A stretch of 64,000 nucleotides of DNA, taken from Macrostomum lignano. Its lineage: Eukaryota. The stretch lies in contig NIVC01000570.1 of assembly GCA_002269645.1 (NCBI GenBank), forward strand, positions 310,001 to 374,000, given 5' to 3'. A program made the translations under genes and the position numbers. Shown here piece after piece: positions 1 to 12,241 of the stretch (the stretch's first letter is position 1; every line of letters begins with the position of its first letter). The notes beneath the pieces are model-generated. The model saw only the letters and a program-made list of their open reading frames with translations, had not been told where the DNA came from and did no database searches.

Positions 1-157
1 ATCTGAGAGAGATCTCCGAATCTTCGCAGCTAATGAGCAAAGCATGCGGTTGCTGCAGCAATCGATTTTCGATCGCCAGACGGCCTGTAAGACGAGAGCC
101 CGTAGTACTTTTTGTTCCACAGAAAATCGATTCGTCACCTGCGTTTTGACCGCCTTC

Positions 158-483
<326 letters not shown>

Positions 484-899
484 GCTTGACCCGCTCTGCT
501 TGATCCGCTGCGAGCGGTAAATGCGTATGATCAATGTAAGACTTTTACTGCACACCTTAGCAGGTCTGGGGGTTAACATTGACTGGCGCTGAGCCAACGG
601 GGCCGTCTGAAGCGACCGGTTGGGGGCTCGGCTGTCCAAAGAGGCTTAGGCTGGGGATTAACAACTTTCACAGCGATCGCCAATGCCCCTGGAAATGTGC
701 TATTGATCCACAGTCTGTGCTCGCCTCTTTCAATTTTCTTTTCCATCAGTTCCCTCTCCTATCTCTGCATTCGTTCATTGACTTGGGACTTTGGACTATT
801 GGGCTGGCGAAATCGAGTCTGACGATAGTGCTTTGAGGATTCTAAGTTCTTATGAAACTGAAAGCGCTGAGAAGTTTGGCGACAGAAGTGAGACAGAAC

Positions 900-1034
900 A
901 GGGTTTATAGTGCAGTCGGAGCGGTGATACATCCAGACTCTTATACCAAAGTCCTGGGTTCGATTCTTGAGTAGACAGGGACTGGCTTATCTTAGTTGGC
1001 AAGTGCTAGATTACTACGAACTAAGGACGTTGCA
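900..1034 (+). mobile_element. tRNA-derived SINE-like head
   Basis: A-box-like TAGTGCAGTCGG (~908) and B-box GGTTCGATTC (957-966); no full cloverleaf; runs into a tandem-repeat tail. Confidence 0.5.
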
Positions 1035-1370
1035 TAAGTGCATGTACTCAGACAGGACAGAGGTTGCAAAAGTACTCAGACAGGACAGAGGTTGCAAAAG
1101 TACTCAGACAGGACAGAGGTTGCATAAGTACTCAGACAGGACAGAGGTTGCATAAGTACTCAGACAGGACAGAGGTTGCATAAGTACTCAGACAGGACAG
1201 AGGTTGCATAAGTACTCAGACAGGACAGAGGTTGCATAAGTACTCAGACAGGACAGAGGTTGCATAAGTACTCAGACAGGACAGAGGTTGAAAAAGTACA
1301 CAGGCAGAACAAAGACAGGACACATGTTGCAAAAGTACACAGACAGGACACAGGTTGCAAAAGTACACAG
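1035..1370. repeat. 28-bp minisatellite (gttgcataagtactcagacaggacagag), about 11-12 units
   Basis: Unit starts at 1091 and 1119 are 28 bp apart; units degenerate toward the 3' end. Confidence 0.9.
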
Positions 1371-1415
1371 ATCACAGCTCGCCCTACAGAAGCCCCATCC
1401 CAAGCAAGTGCTCAC

Positions 1416-1680
1416 AGCCTGTACAGTCGAAACGCGGCTCTCGCCCATGGTCCTATTAACAGCCAGCTGGGATCACCCTCGCCGTCGCCCTCGAAGGCGT
1501 CGCCAGTCAGCTGGTTCGCCGTACTCGGCGACAGACGGCCAGCCTCGGCCAGGACGGCCAAGTTGAAGGCCGCCTCCGGGTCGCCCTTGGCAACCGCGCG
1601 AGTGTAAAAATCCACGGCGGCGCTCAGGTTGGAGGCGTGCGCCAAGCCCAGGCTGTGGTAGTCTCCCATGCGCGTCAGCG
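1416..1680 (-). CDS. Internal exon of a Sel1-repeat protein (SEL1L3-like)
   Basis: Minus-strand acceptor ttcctcag| at 1681 and donor |gtgagc at 1415. Translation LTRMGDYHSLGLAHASNLSAAVDFYTRAVAKGDPEAAFNLAVLAEAG...LYRL fits a Sel1-like repeat and resembles the C-terminal repeat of SEL1L3 from memory. Confidence 0.65.
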
Positions 1681-2886
1681 CTGAGGAAAGAATGGTTATG
1701 CCCCGCTTAGCCTACTCTCGGGTTTTGTTCAGTAGTGTGACTGGCCCTGGAAGCCCAGGTATTGTTAAATTATTCGCGTGCATTCAATCTATCAAATTAG
1801 ATAAATTCTCGTATTTCTTGCATCTCTCGCAACTGTCTGTCGTATATGTCGTGCTCCTTCCGTCTTTGTCAATTCGCTTAAACTCTAATTCAAAATATTC
1901 GGTGAGATCTGAAGATCACTCTTCTATAACTTGAAGAGCAGCCAGTCAACTTCTATAGGTGAAGTATTCATAAATTTTAGCAGCCAAGTTGGTGTCTTAG
2001 ACGTAATCCATTGTATTACTATATCCATAGTAATCATCGATTAAAAGTAATACTAATAGAGCCCTCGCCGTGACCTCTCGTTGGCTGAAATAGGCCGTTG
2101 ACATAATTAGATACAAGTTAAAATACAAGGAGTTGGAAATGATGGTCGCGAGAACACACTTTTAGCCTAATTTCAACACAAATAGGAATTGGAAATGATG
2201 GTCCCTAGGCTTGTTAAGAGACCAAAATTATTGGGCCGCACACAGAATTGAACCAGAGTACATGTATGAGTACTGTGGCGCGAGATTAAAACGTGTTGCT
2301 GTTGACTCCATTTTGCTCCCTCTGCAAAGAGGCGAACAAATCCAATTGTTCGCTAATTCAAATAGGTCTGATCGACACTGAAGTATTTTTGTGGTCCAAA
2401 TGGCCCAGAACTTGGATATTCCATGCAGTAAACTATTTGCCGAAGGAATCCATTCCAAATTACTCACTTAAACTTAGCAAACAGCTTGTTTTATTTAATA
2501 AAATGGATCAGTGCTCGGAGTGTGGAGTTCACTTTTTCTGCTGGAAAATTGGGCAGATCCGAATCGGATTTTAGCGACTTCGATGCACGATGCGGCATGA
2601 GAGCGACAAATCAATATCTGCAAGTAGCTCGTAAATGTATCTACCAGTATTCCACATGACCACTTGCAACTTTAAAAAAATTACAAAGCTCAAAAAACAC
2701 AAATATTGATATTATCGTTGCATTCGGTGCCTAATTAGATTATGCTTGTTGTTATATTGCATATTTAGTAAAATTAACTGATCAGTGAATAGGGGCTGTG
2801 AAGAGTCAGAGATCAAAGTCCGGTCAGCTGTGAGTTGTCTGGATCTTCCGATCGATAAAGCGACTTCGATGTGCGATGTGGCTCAT

Positions 2887-3069
2887 CTAACCATGAAAAT
2901 GAACGTGGAAGCCCTTCTTCCTCAGCTTCGGGAACTGCTCCTCTGACATCTTGGAATCGTCGGAGTCGGACGGATCCTCCTTCGACTCGCTTTCGGCCTT
3001 GGCCTCTGAGGGTTCGACAACGACCAGGGCTGCGAAAACCAGAAGTCCGAGAACCAGTTGCCACTTCAT
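2887..3069 (-). CDS. Secreted His-rich peptide precursor, copy 1 (C-terminus RKKGFHVHFHG)
   Basis: 60-aa ORF: hydrophobic signal MKWQLVLGLLVFAALVVV, acidic spacer, basic RKK site, terminal Gly; near-identical paralogs elsewhere in the window. Confidence 0.85.
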   Translation of the reverse strand: MKWQLVLGLLVFAALVVVEPSEAKAESESKEDPSDSDDSKMSEEQFPKLRKKGFHVHFHG

Positions 3070-4016
3070 GATTGCTTGAGTCGAGTCGATTCTTCGAGCT
3101 GTGTGTAGATTGAGTCGAGTCTGAGCTTGTTGCTCTGAGCAGTCGGCAGCTACGAATTTATACGCATCGGATCAGCACGTGTTTCCGGTCCGTTGAGAGG
3201 CGTTGTTTGAGTTGAAGACTTTCGCATGAGCAGAGACAGGCGTTGTTTCAAACGAATATCATGTAGCGTATATTTGCTTGCTGACACCCGAGCAATCAAA
3301 CGAGTACCGCTCTAGCTTTTTCTCAGTGCAAATTTATCTAACGCACGGCACTGCACTGCAGTCACTTGACTCAGTCGCATATTGAAGCCCAATGACGCTA
3401 TCTATCGACTGTGGAGAATAAATGCATGAAATCGAGATATCTACAGATTTTTTGGCTACTGTGTGTTGATTTCTGCAGTTTCTAATGGTAGTTCTGATTT
3501 GTCAGAGCACGCTCGTGTTCAGAATTTCTTTGATTTTATTCCTTATTCGGTCAAGTACGCGGATTTCAGTCGCCGATTTCGTGTGATTGAGCGATGCGGA
3601 GAAACCAGACGCATGTCCAGAAATGCATGGAAGCGTGCAATATGCCAGCTTATATTCTGACTTCGCCTTGTTCTGTCTACCGTTTTGCGGCAACTGCCGA
3701 CTTTCCGCGTTTCCTTTGACACTCGCTTTGAACGTGACTGGATATTTTTTAATCATTTCAACTCCACTAAGCTCTCATTACAGGATTATTTGAATGGGGT
3801 TTAACAGTAGAAAGACCATGGGGGTGTTTTTCAAAAACACACATTTTCCTTTGTCTGGATCTCCCAAAACTTTTCAAACAATTGCCATGAAAATCCAGAA
3901 CACGGGCTAAAATTTTCCGCTCTATGCGATGAAGCAACTTCGAGAATCACGAAAAATCGGCATCGTCTAGATATTCAACAAAAACCACCAACATTGAGAA
4001 ACATTTTCAACATTGA

Positions 4017-4288
<272 letters not shown>

Positions 4289-4290
<2 letters not shown>

Positions 4291-4568
4291 TTCGATCCGT
4301 TGGACATCACTGTACATCGCGTCATGTTCATTGACGATGTTCGACCATAGCTGTTCGATCCCAAGTCTGACGCCATGGTGAGTAAATTAGTACATATATA
4401 GATTGTTGATAATAAATTATACAAATTAATGTAAATTATCAATATTGTTGATACTGATGTACATGAATGTGTCTTGTTCATCAGGTTCCGCTCCTACGGT
4501 TGATCGCTGGGGACACCTTCAATGTCAACCAGAGGTATCAATCGATAGTGAGTCACCATCTGCGAGAC
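4289..4568 (+). pseudogene. Partial duplicate of the SF3 helicase gene (Walker B region, intron, start of exon 2)
   Basis: Near-identical to 9519-9790, including the GT-AG intron; carries an extra nonsense change (gag to tag). Confidence 0.85.
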
Positions 4569-4572
4569 TGAA

Positions 4573-5264
4573 AAACCAACTGACAGATGTATATTAATTA
4601 GTAAGCCGAGAAGGATCACAATGTTTTATATGTTGCTTCTGCCATTTTTAAATCGTTTGTACATATATATTATTTATTTATGCGATTATACTTTGCTCAT
4701 GGTTTGTACATATTAATGGATCCATAGTTGGTTGGCTGACTTTGTTTCAAAGCGGTCGATTCATTGTGTTGTTAAATAATCGTGTGTAAAGTGCATGCCG
4801 TTACCGTTCTGCATACGTTATAAAATTTGTTTGTATAAATATTTAAGTGGTTTATTGACCAAGATTCCGTTGCTGGTTGTTGACGCCAAAACTGTGTCCG
4901 AGTCATGCACATACAATTTCAGATGGGTCAAGATTTTAATCATGGCCGGTTGTTGTCAAACTTGTCCTCGTAGATGCCAAATGTGTGGATTATAATTGTC
5001 AATGTTGCTGTGCTAGTGACTGTAATAAAAACTGTTAACATTGTGTATGTATATATGTATGTATGTATGTATGCGTCTGTTTGTCAAAGCTGTGCTCAAT
5101 TGAGACAAATCTGTGTGCATGACTAATAACCGATATAACAGAAAAAATAAAAAAATCAAACCAGCATACGAACAATGGATAATAAATGTCAATAAGCTGA
5201 TTAAAATCTTCGTTTAATTATAATATAGTTTCAATAAACATATAGTTACAAAGGTGAGCAATTC
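4573..5264 (+). repeat. ~690-bp direct repeat, copy 1 (segment A)
   Basis: Runs aaaccaactgacagatgt...aaaggtgagcaattc; matches 12242-13755 once the solo LTR is removed. Confidence 0.9.
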
Positions 5265-5740
5265 AGCAGTGATGATCTCTGCCATCCACCTTGATGCATC
5301 AATCAATGCAGCCAGCCGGCCAACCAGACGTGCATTCAGGCAGTCAGTCAGTTAGCATATATACATGCAAAATAAAATATGCATTGTCAGCTACTACTGA
5401 AAAAAGTATTAAACCATAACCATTAATCTCTGCCTGCCTGCCTGCCTGCCTGCCCGACTGAACTACAATAATTCATTCATTCCCTCTATACCCTCTCCCC
5501 CCGCACTAACCCTAACCCTAACACATAAAACAAATTTTTTTCGGGGGGACCGCTGCGCTAACCGAGAAATGTGAAATTTCTCTAAGTGTCAAAATTATTT
5601 TGACTTAGAAAATTTTCGCGCTGAAATTTTTTTTTCTTTCATTTCGTCTACTAAACTGCCTGATGCTGCCTGTGGATAATTTATCTTGAAAGAGGGTTAG
5701 AGGGGCCCGTCCGTTGCTGTCTCAGGAGGTAACTTATCAT

Positions 5741-5899
5741 GGAAAATCTGTCTGGGGAAACCGCAAACTGTCTCTCCACTAATCTGTCTAGGGAATATCA
5801 GGTTGATTTCTTTCTTGGAAAATCTGTCTGGGGAAACCGCAAACTGTCTCTCCACTAATCTGTCTAGGGAATATCAGGTTGATTTCTTTCTTGGAAAAT
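5741..5899. repeat. 76-bp tandem duplication
   Basis: ggaaaatctgtctggggaaacc...gatttctttctt occurs at 5741 and again at 5817. Confidence 0.9.
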
Positions 5900-6500
5900 A
5901 AACTATTTGAAGATAAACTGCAAAACGTCTAGAAGATGCATAGATACAAGGAGATCGACGATACATAGAAAATGAAAACTTGTGTTGTGACAACTTTTGA
6001 TTCAAACACTGCAATCTTGTAGGCAGTAGTAAATCAGTTCAAGGCATAGACAACATTAATCGATTCAGTATACAAGTGCAGCTATACTGTTTCACTTGAT
6101 CTTCAAATGTTAAATTTAAACTGTACTTAGAAATGATTGAAATTGACAAATTTTCATTCAAGCCATAGACACAGGTTTCTATACAGTGCGCATACACTCA
6201 TGGAATGCTATAATCTACACTCTGGAGTGGAATTATCATAGGTTGAACCATAGACAATTGTTTGTTAGTCATTTGCATTCCATATTTGCAAATAGCAGTA
6301 GTATTGCACATTAAAGTACAACAAGATTCCAATCCATTATACTAGCCATAAAACTCCTTGGTATGTGTGCGCTCGATTTATCAAGTGCACGCTGTACAAA
6401 ATAGACATGCTATTATTAGAGTATGTTAAAACATAGACATATTTTTGACTAGTTTTTGAAATCAATCCTCTACTTAAAGCTTGATTAATCAATCCGAATC

Positions 6501-6501
<1 letters not shown>

Positions 6502-6577
<76 letters not shown>
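6502..6577. repeat. (CT)n microsatellite
   Basis: Direct reading; lies immediately upstream of the ORF1 start. Confidence 0.97.
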
Positions 6578-6602
6578 GCAATCTATCAATCAATCATTCA
6601 AT

Positions 6603-8573
6603 ATGCAACGGCAGCCTACTAACAACAGCGTTACCGGTTGTGGAGATGGTGCTACGCGAACTACACCGAATCGACGACAAAGGGGGGCTGTAGCCCAGCG
6701 GTAGCGCAGCTGCTCTGGTGTGCCAGCGACCCAGGCTCGATTCCAAGTGCAGTCACATTAATTTGGGGCTGAATTGGAATCTCGGCTTGGCTCTGCTCGT
6801 GCAATTAACGGCCTTGAGAGCCAACCCCCCAAGGCGCAGTGAAGTGTACATGCCTAACGATAAATAAAGTTAGGGCCGCTGTACATTACTGTGTGAGTGT
6901 GTGCCTGCGTACGTATCCGCGCGCTTGTATGCCTGCTCAGGGGAGTCGGCGGAATGGGCAGTAATGCCTCTCGCCGGTTGTGTGCCTATGTCGCTTAAAG
7001 TGCACACAACCCCCCCTGCCTCTAATAAAAAAAAAACACCGAATCGACTAGTCGCCATCGTAAACGACTTGTGGTCAAAAATATTGCCTGCCTCAGATAC
7101 ATCGGCCACCAGCATTGTACAACAAGATGCTGATATTGAATTGTGCAATATGGCTGCCGATTGTGATGTCGATGCCGATGCTGCCAATGCTGTTGCTGCT
7201 GATACTGCTGCTGATTCTCGCGTGTCGACGCCAGAATCTTACACGACCGCGCCGAACAGCCCAGGCAATAACGAAGCTATATTATCGGCTGTGAATAACG
7301 ACTGTGTTAACGCTGACGACGTCAATCAACGTCTCGTCTTGCTAAACCAGTCTCTGTCTGCTGCTGATGGTGATGGTTCTACTGTTGCTGGTGGTTCTAC
7401 TGCTGCTGCTGCTGCTGCTGAGGCTGAGGCTGCTGCTGAACCGTCGACTGTGCCAAAGTCGCACACTCCTACGCCAGATGTGTCCGCTCATACACCGGCT
7501 ATGTTGCGTGACAGCACTACTGACGAGGACGAACGTGCGACTGGGATTGTTGCCACATTTTCTCCAGCTGCAACATTCTAGACTGGCGACTTCATTGACG
7601 ACGAGTTTTGTCGAGCATCGACTCCAAAACAAGCGTCCGCCGCGGCGAAGGACTACATCAACGCGTCTATCTCGCCAGTCAACAGTCAGCTGTTATTCGA
7701 CGATGACGATGATGTCATGCGCGGTGTAGAATCGGCATCCAATAATGGCAGACTAGCAAACCGTGTCGTAAAAGGCAACGTCCACAGATAATGCTCTCCG
7801 ACTGCGAAATTGTATCAGATACATCTTCGTCACAGTTGTCGAGCGCAATTCCGTCTCCTTATCAACGACACACTGGACAGTCGCCAGACGATACGCGGCA
7901 GTCTGATGCGTCCAGTACAATAGGCGTGCCCAATCGGACGACCAAATCATCCGTCCGTGGACCGAGTCGGACGAGATTGCCTAGGAACAGTGACTCTGGC
8001 AGTTCTGTTAGCTCGCATACGATCGATCGTATCCGGGCACACGCATTGTCACGCCAGGCGTCTGTCTCGATTGCGGCGACAGCAGTGTCGAATGCGGCGA
8101 CAATGAAAGACAGGGCATTGGCGGCGATACGAGCGAGGTGTGAGGCGAGGGCAAAGTTTGTACAGTCGCCATCAACAACAGTTGCGGCGGCGGCGGCGGA
8201 GGCGGCGGTGAATGACTCATCGTCAATCAGTAGTCAATCGCTGACACAGTTGTCTGTCGATGACATCAGTTTGACTGATGCAGCCAATCTAGCCGCAAAC
8301 ACCGCCGCGTATGCCAATAGAAACGCGCGTCCGACTGTCCCACGGGATGTACAACCCGGATATGCACTAGCCTCCGGACCAATACGTTATCATCGAAATC
8401 GGGACGTCAAACCGCTTAACGCATTTTCAAGCGAAGACCGTTACGCACTCAGCTCAACGCGGATACACCACGTCGTGGAACTGTCCGGTGTGCTTGATGC
8501 TGACCAGCTTAAGCACACCGGCATTTATATGGCATTGCGCGTCACTGTAATGCGCTTGTTGTCGCCAATCTAA
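6603..8573 (+). pseudogene. ORF1 of the unclassified element: long Ala/Ser/Asp/Thr-rich low-complexity protein, disrupted
   Basis: ATG at 6603 (MQRQPTNNS...) joins in frame to TPNRLVAIVNDLWSK when the SINE and one TSD are excised. In-frame TAG at 7579-7581, frameshift near 7745, basic motif KPCRKRQRP, stop at 8573. Confidence 0.65.
6676..7035 (+). mobile_element. tRNA-derived SINE with 13-bp TSD
   Basis: A-box-like TAGCCCAGCGG, B-box-like GGCTCGATTCC, AATAAA/poly-A tail; TSD ACACCGAATCGAC at 6663-6675 and 7036-7048. Confidence 0.9.
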
Positions 8574-8590
8574 CCGGAAATTCGCCCAAC

Positions 8591-9954
8591 ATGCTGGATG
8601 ACGATGAACTTATCCATAAGACACTTAATCGTCACAGGCAATCTAAGCATGTGGTTGAAGACGATCTGGATTATAACTGGTGCGGAGTTACGTTGTACAT
8701 GCGAACACCACGCAGCATGTCTGGCTACCAGTTATATACCATCATTCACCAGATACTGTCTACAGACCCGAATATACGGTATATAGTAAGCGACACCAAT
8801 TGCCGAATCCTTATCGCCGGCGTCAGACAGGTCAAGAATGCGTTAGTCTCAGTTACAAGACACGATGGCTGCGCCATGCTACGTAATGTTAATATGTCCG
8901 ACTGTAGCATGCTCGTGTCAGCGTATCATTGGATTGAAAATCATAGCGAATTAGTAGTCACACCAGCGCCAGAGGACGATTTTCTGATGCGTCATGTGAC
9001 GTGCAAGCAAGAGCTAACTCGTCTCTTTCAACGCGTACAGAAGATTCGTCGATTCAATCTAGAGCGTCTCACTGGTTGCGCGTGCTGTGCTCATTTTATA
9101 AATCGGCATACCCGCGATCGTACCATCAATCACGTCTCTAGTGACAACAATTCTACAACTGGTGTTGACAATCAGTCCAATGAACGCGAGACTAGCGCTA
9201 ATTCGACTGATGCTGCTGCCGACGCCGCATCTGCCGCCGACAACGCTGCCGCCGACAACGCCGCCACTGACAACGCCGCCGCCGCCGCCGCCACTGCCGC
9301 CGCCTCAACCGACTCAGTACATGTCGACAGACCGCTGAATGAACGACGACGCGGATGTCCAACGATGCGAGCCGTGTGCGCAGCTCTTCGCCAACGTAAA
9401 GGTGTGGTGTAACTATGGGGGCCACCTGGTGTTGGCAAAACTCATAGCGTAGCTGCGCACTGCGGTGAGACTCGTGTTGTCAATATAGTCCCGTCACGAG
9501 CTACAGCCAACACGTTTCTATTCGATCCGTTGGACATCACTGTACATCGCGTCATGTTCATTGACGAAGTTCGACCAGAGCTGTTCGATCCCAAGTCTGA
9601 CGCCATGGTGAGTAAATTAGTACATATATAGATTGTTGATAATAAATTATACAAATTAATCTAAATTATCAATATTGTTGATATTGATGTACGTGAATGT
9701 GTCTTGTTCATCAGGTTCCGCTCCTACGGTTGATCAATGGGGACACCTTCAATGTCAACCAGAGGTATCAATCGATAGTGAGTCACCATTGGCGAGACAG
9801 ACTACTCCTCTTGGCTGGTCACGACTCTGTGAATGCGTACGACCCCGATGTACGGAGACGTCTTCGGCATGGTCACGTTTTGCAAGGTCGACTCGTCACG
9901 GTGCTGTGCGTTGGGCATCCGCTATATGGGACGTACGACTGTGACGGGATCTAA
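8591..9954 (+). pseudogene. Spliced SF3 helicase (T-antigen/E1/NS1/Rep-like), ~418 codons, one premature stop
   Basis: In frame after TAA 9410-9412: LWGPPGVGKT (Walker A), VMFIDEV (Walker B). A phase-0 intron 9608-9714 (gtgagt...ttcatcag) joins to VPLLRLINGDTFNVNQRYQ (B'-like), LLLLAGH (motif C position) and VRRRL (Arg finger). Confidence 0.75.
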
Positions 9955-10469
9955 CAGGTGATCCCATTCGCGATTGATTGTTTGCTCGATTGATTGATTG
10001 ACTAATTTCTTCTCGCGGCAGTATTAGCAGTAACAACAGCAGCAGCAGCAGCAGCATCTATAATAGCATTTGTAACAGCATCAGCAGCAGCAGCAGCATA
10101 TTAACAGATTATGCATTTTATAGATTAGATGTATTATTTCTCCAGTTAATTTTTAAACTATCCCATTCAATATAAGACTGAATATGAAATAGTGCAAAAA
10201 TGAGCTAGCAGCTATTTTTATCTCGATCAGTTCTTCTATTAATAGCTCCTTCCTTGTTCATCCTAGTTGTTGACAGAAATTATATTCTTTGTGAGAGTTT
10301 GTGTCATATGGTTTGGCACATAGACTATTTTGTTTGGGAATGAAATGTGTGAGAATTATACGCTCGTATATTGTCTATGGTAATCACTCGCCAGTCTATT
10401 CATCTGAATATCAATATCTCAATAGCTGAACATACGCTCGTAGTCTGCATACATGGATGTTAAGTATGA

Positions 10470-11045
10470 TTTGTGCACACGGGTGGTTGCATTGGCTATT
10501 ATGGTCGGTGCACACGGGTGAATATGGCTGTTTGCAGTGGCGAGCATGGTCGGTGCACACCGGTGGACATGGCTGGTTGCGGTGGCGAGTATGGTCGGTG
10601 CACACGGGTGAATATGGCTGATTGCAGCGGCGAGCATGGTCGGTGCACACCGGTGGACATGGCTGGTTGCGGTGGCGAGTATGGTCGGTGCACACGGGTG
10701 AATATGGCTGATTGCAGCGGCGAGCATGGTCGGTGCACACGGGTGAATATGGCTGATTGCAGCGGCGAGTATGGTCGGTGCACACGGGTGAATATGGCTG
10801 ATTGCAGCGGCGAGCATGTTCGGTGCACACCGGTGGACATGGCTGATTGCAGCGGCGAGCATGGTCGGTGCACACCGGTGGACATGGCTGTTTGCAGTGG
10901 CGAGTATAGTCTGTGCACACGGGTGGTTGCAGTGGCGAGTATGGTCGGTGCACACCGGTGAACATGGCTGTTTGCAGTGGCGTTTATGGTCGGTGCACGC
11001 GGGTGCACACGGTTGTTTACAGTGGCTAGTATGGTCGGTGCACAC
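10470..11045. repeat. 45-bp minisatellite, about 12 units
   Basis: Unit ggtgcacacgggtgaatatggctgattgcagcggcgagcatggtc; translates as 15-aa repeats on both strands. Confidence 0.92.
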
Positions 11046-11230
11046 GGGTTCCTTTCCTGGATTATGATAAACTGTGATTGATCTTGTTATAGAACTGGAA
11101 TATAGAGCGCCGTGTTGATTTATAATTGATTGATGCGCATTGGATTCATTCATTTTTTGATTGAAATAATTAAAATTGGCGCTTTCACATTTTTCTTCTT
11201 CATTCTATGTCCATTTCAAAATTGTCCATA

Positions 11231-12045
11231 GTGACTGGTGATGTGACCTTGTTGATTGGTGATGTGACCGTATGGGCTGGTGATGTGACCCGACTGGCTG
11301 GTGTTGTTACCATGTTGACTGGTGATGTGACCGTGTTGACTGGTGATGTGACCGTGTTGACTGGTGATGTGACCTTGTTGATTGGTGATGTGACCAGGTT
11401 GACTGGTGATGTGACCTTATGGGCTGGTGATGTGACCAGGTTGACTGGTGATGTGACCTTATGGGCTGGTGATGTGACCATGTGGACTGGTGATGTGACC
11501 ATGTTGGCTAGTGTTGTGACCTTATGGACTGGTGATGTGACCGTGTTGACTGGTGATGTGACCTTGTTGATTGGTGATGTGACCAGGTTGACTGGTGATG
11601 TGACCTTGTGGGCTGGTGATGTGACCAGATTGACTGGTGATGTGACCAGGTTGACTGGTGATGTGACCATGTTGGCTAGTGTTGTGACCTTATGGGCTGG
11701 TGATGTGACTATGTTGATTGGTGATGTGACCACGATGATTGGTGATGTGACAATGTTGACTGTTGATGTGACCATATGGACTGGTGATGTGGCCATGATG
11801 ACTGGTGATGTGACCATGCTGACTGGTGATGTGACCATGCTGACTGGTGATGTGACCATGCTGACTGGTGATGTGACCCTGTGGACTGGTGATGTGACCA
11901 TGCTGACTGGTGATGTGACCATGCTGACTGGTGATGTGACCCTGTGGACTGGTGATGTGACCATGATGACTGGTGATGTGACCATGGTGACTGGTGATGT
12001 GACCGTGTTTGACTGGTGATGTGACCTGGGTGACTGGTGATGTGA
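11231..12045. repeat. 21-bp minisatellite (gactggtgatgtgaccatgtt), copy 1
   Basis: 7-aa periodicity (TGDVTML on +, VTSPVNM on -). Confidence 0.95.
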
Positions 12046-12241
12046 CGATGTGAGATCGATGTGAGAATAGATACAATAGACAAGAGAAACCCAGACACTT
12101 GAGCGAGTGTAAATGAACGAACTACTGAGTGATATCCAAATTCACATTCAAATGAGGAACTTTATTAAAATTTCACCCTAATAATAAGTGCTGTGGCATG
12201 TCTTGGCAGAAGGCTGTTAAAATTGGAAAATTGCTTGAGAG

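Noticed and set aside
1035-1370. Short regular repeats as a CRISPR array (also the 45-, 21- and 23-bp arrays)
   Set aside because: Units are contiguous with no unique spacers, there are no cas genes, and the context is eukaryotic
5506-5522. Telomere-like (CTAACC)n
   Set aside because: Fewer than three units; could be chance
6682-6760. tRNA gene (also ~900-970 and ~31160-31215)
   Set aside because: A/B boxes are present but there is no complete cloverleaf; the 6676 copy has a body, poly-A tail and TSD, so it is a SINE
8591-9954. Helitron RepHel or Polinton D5 helicase
   Set aside because: The motifs are compact SF3 (GPPGVGKT, hhhhDE) and the protein ends soon after the Arg finger; no PIF1 motifs, no HUH-Y2, and it lies outside the Polinton TIRs
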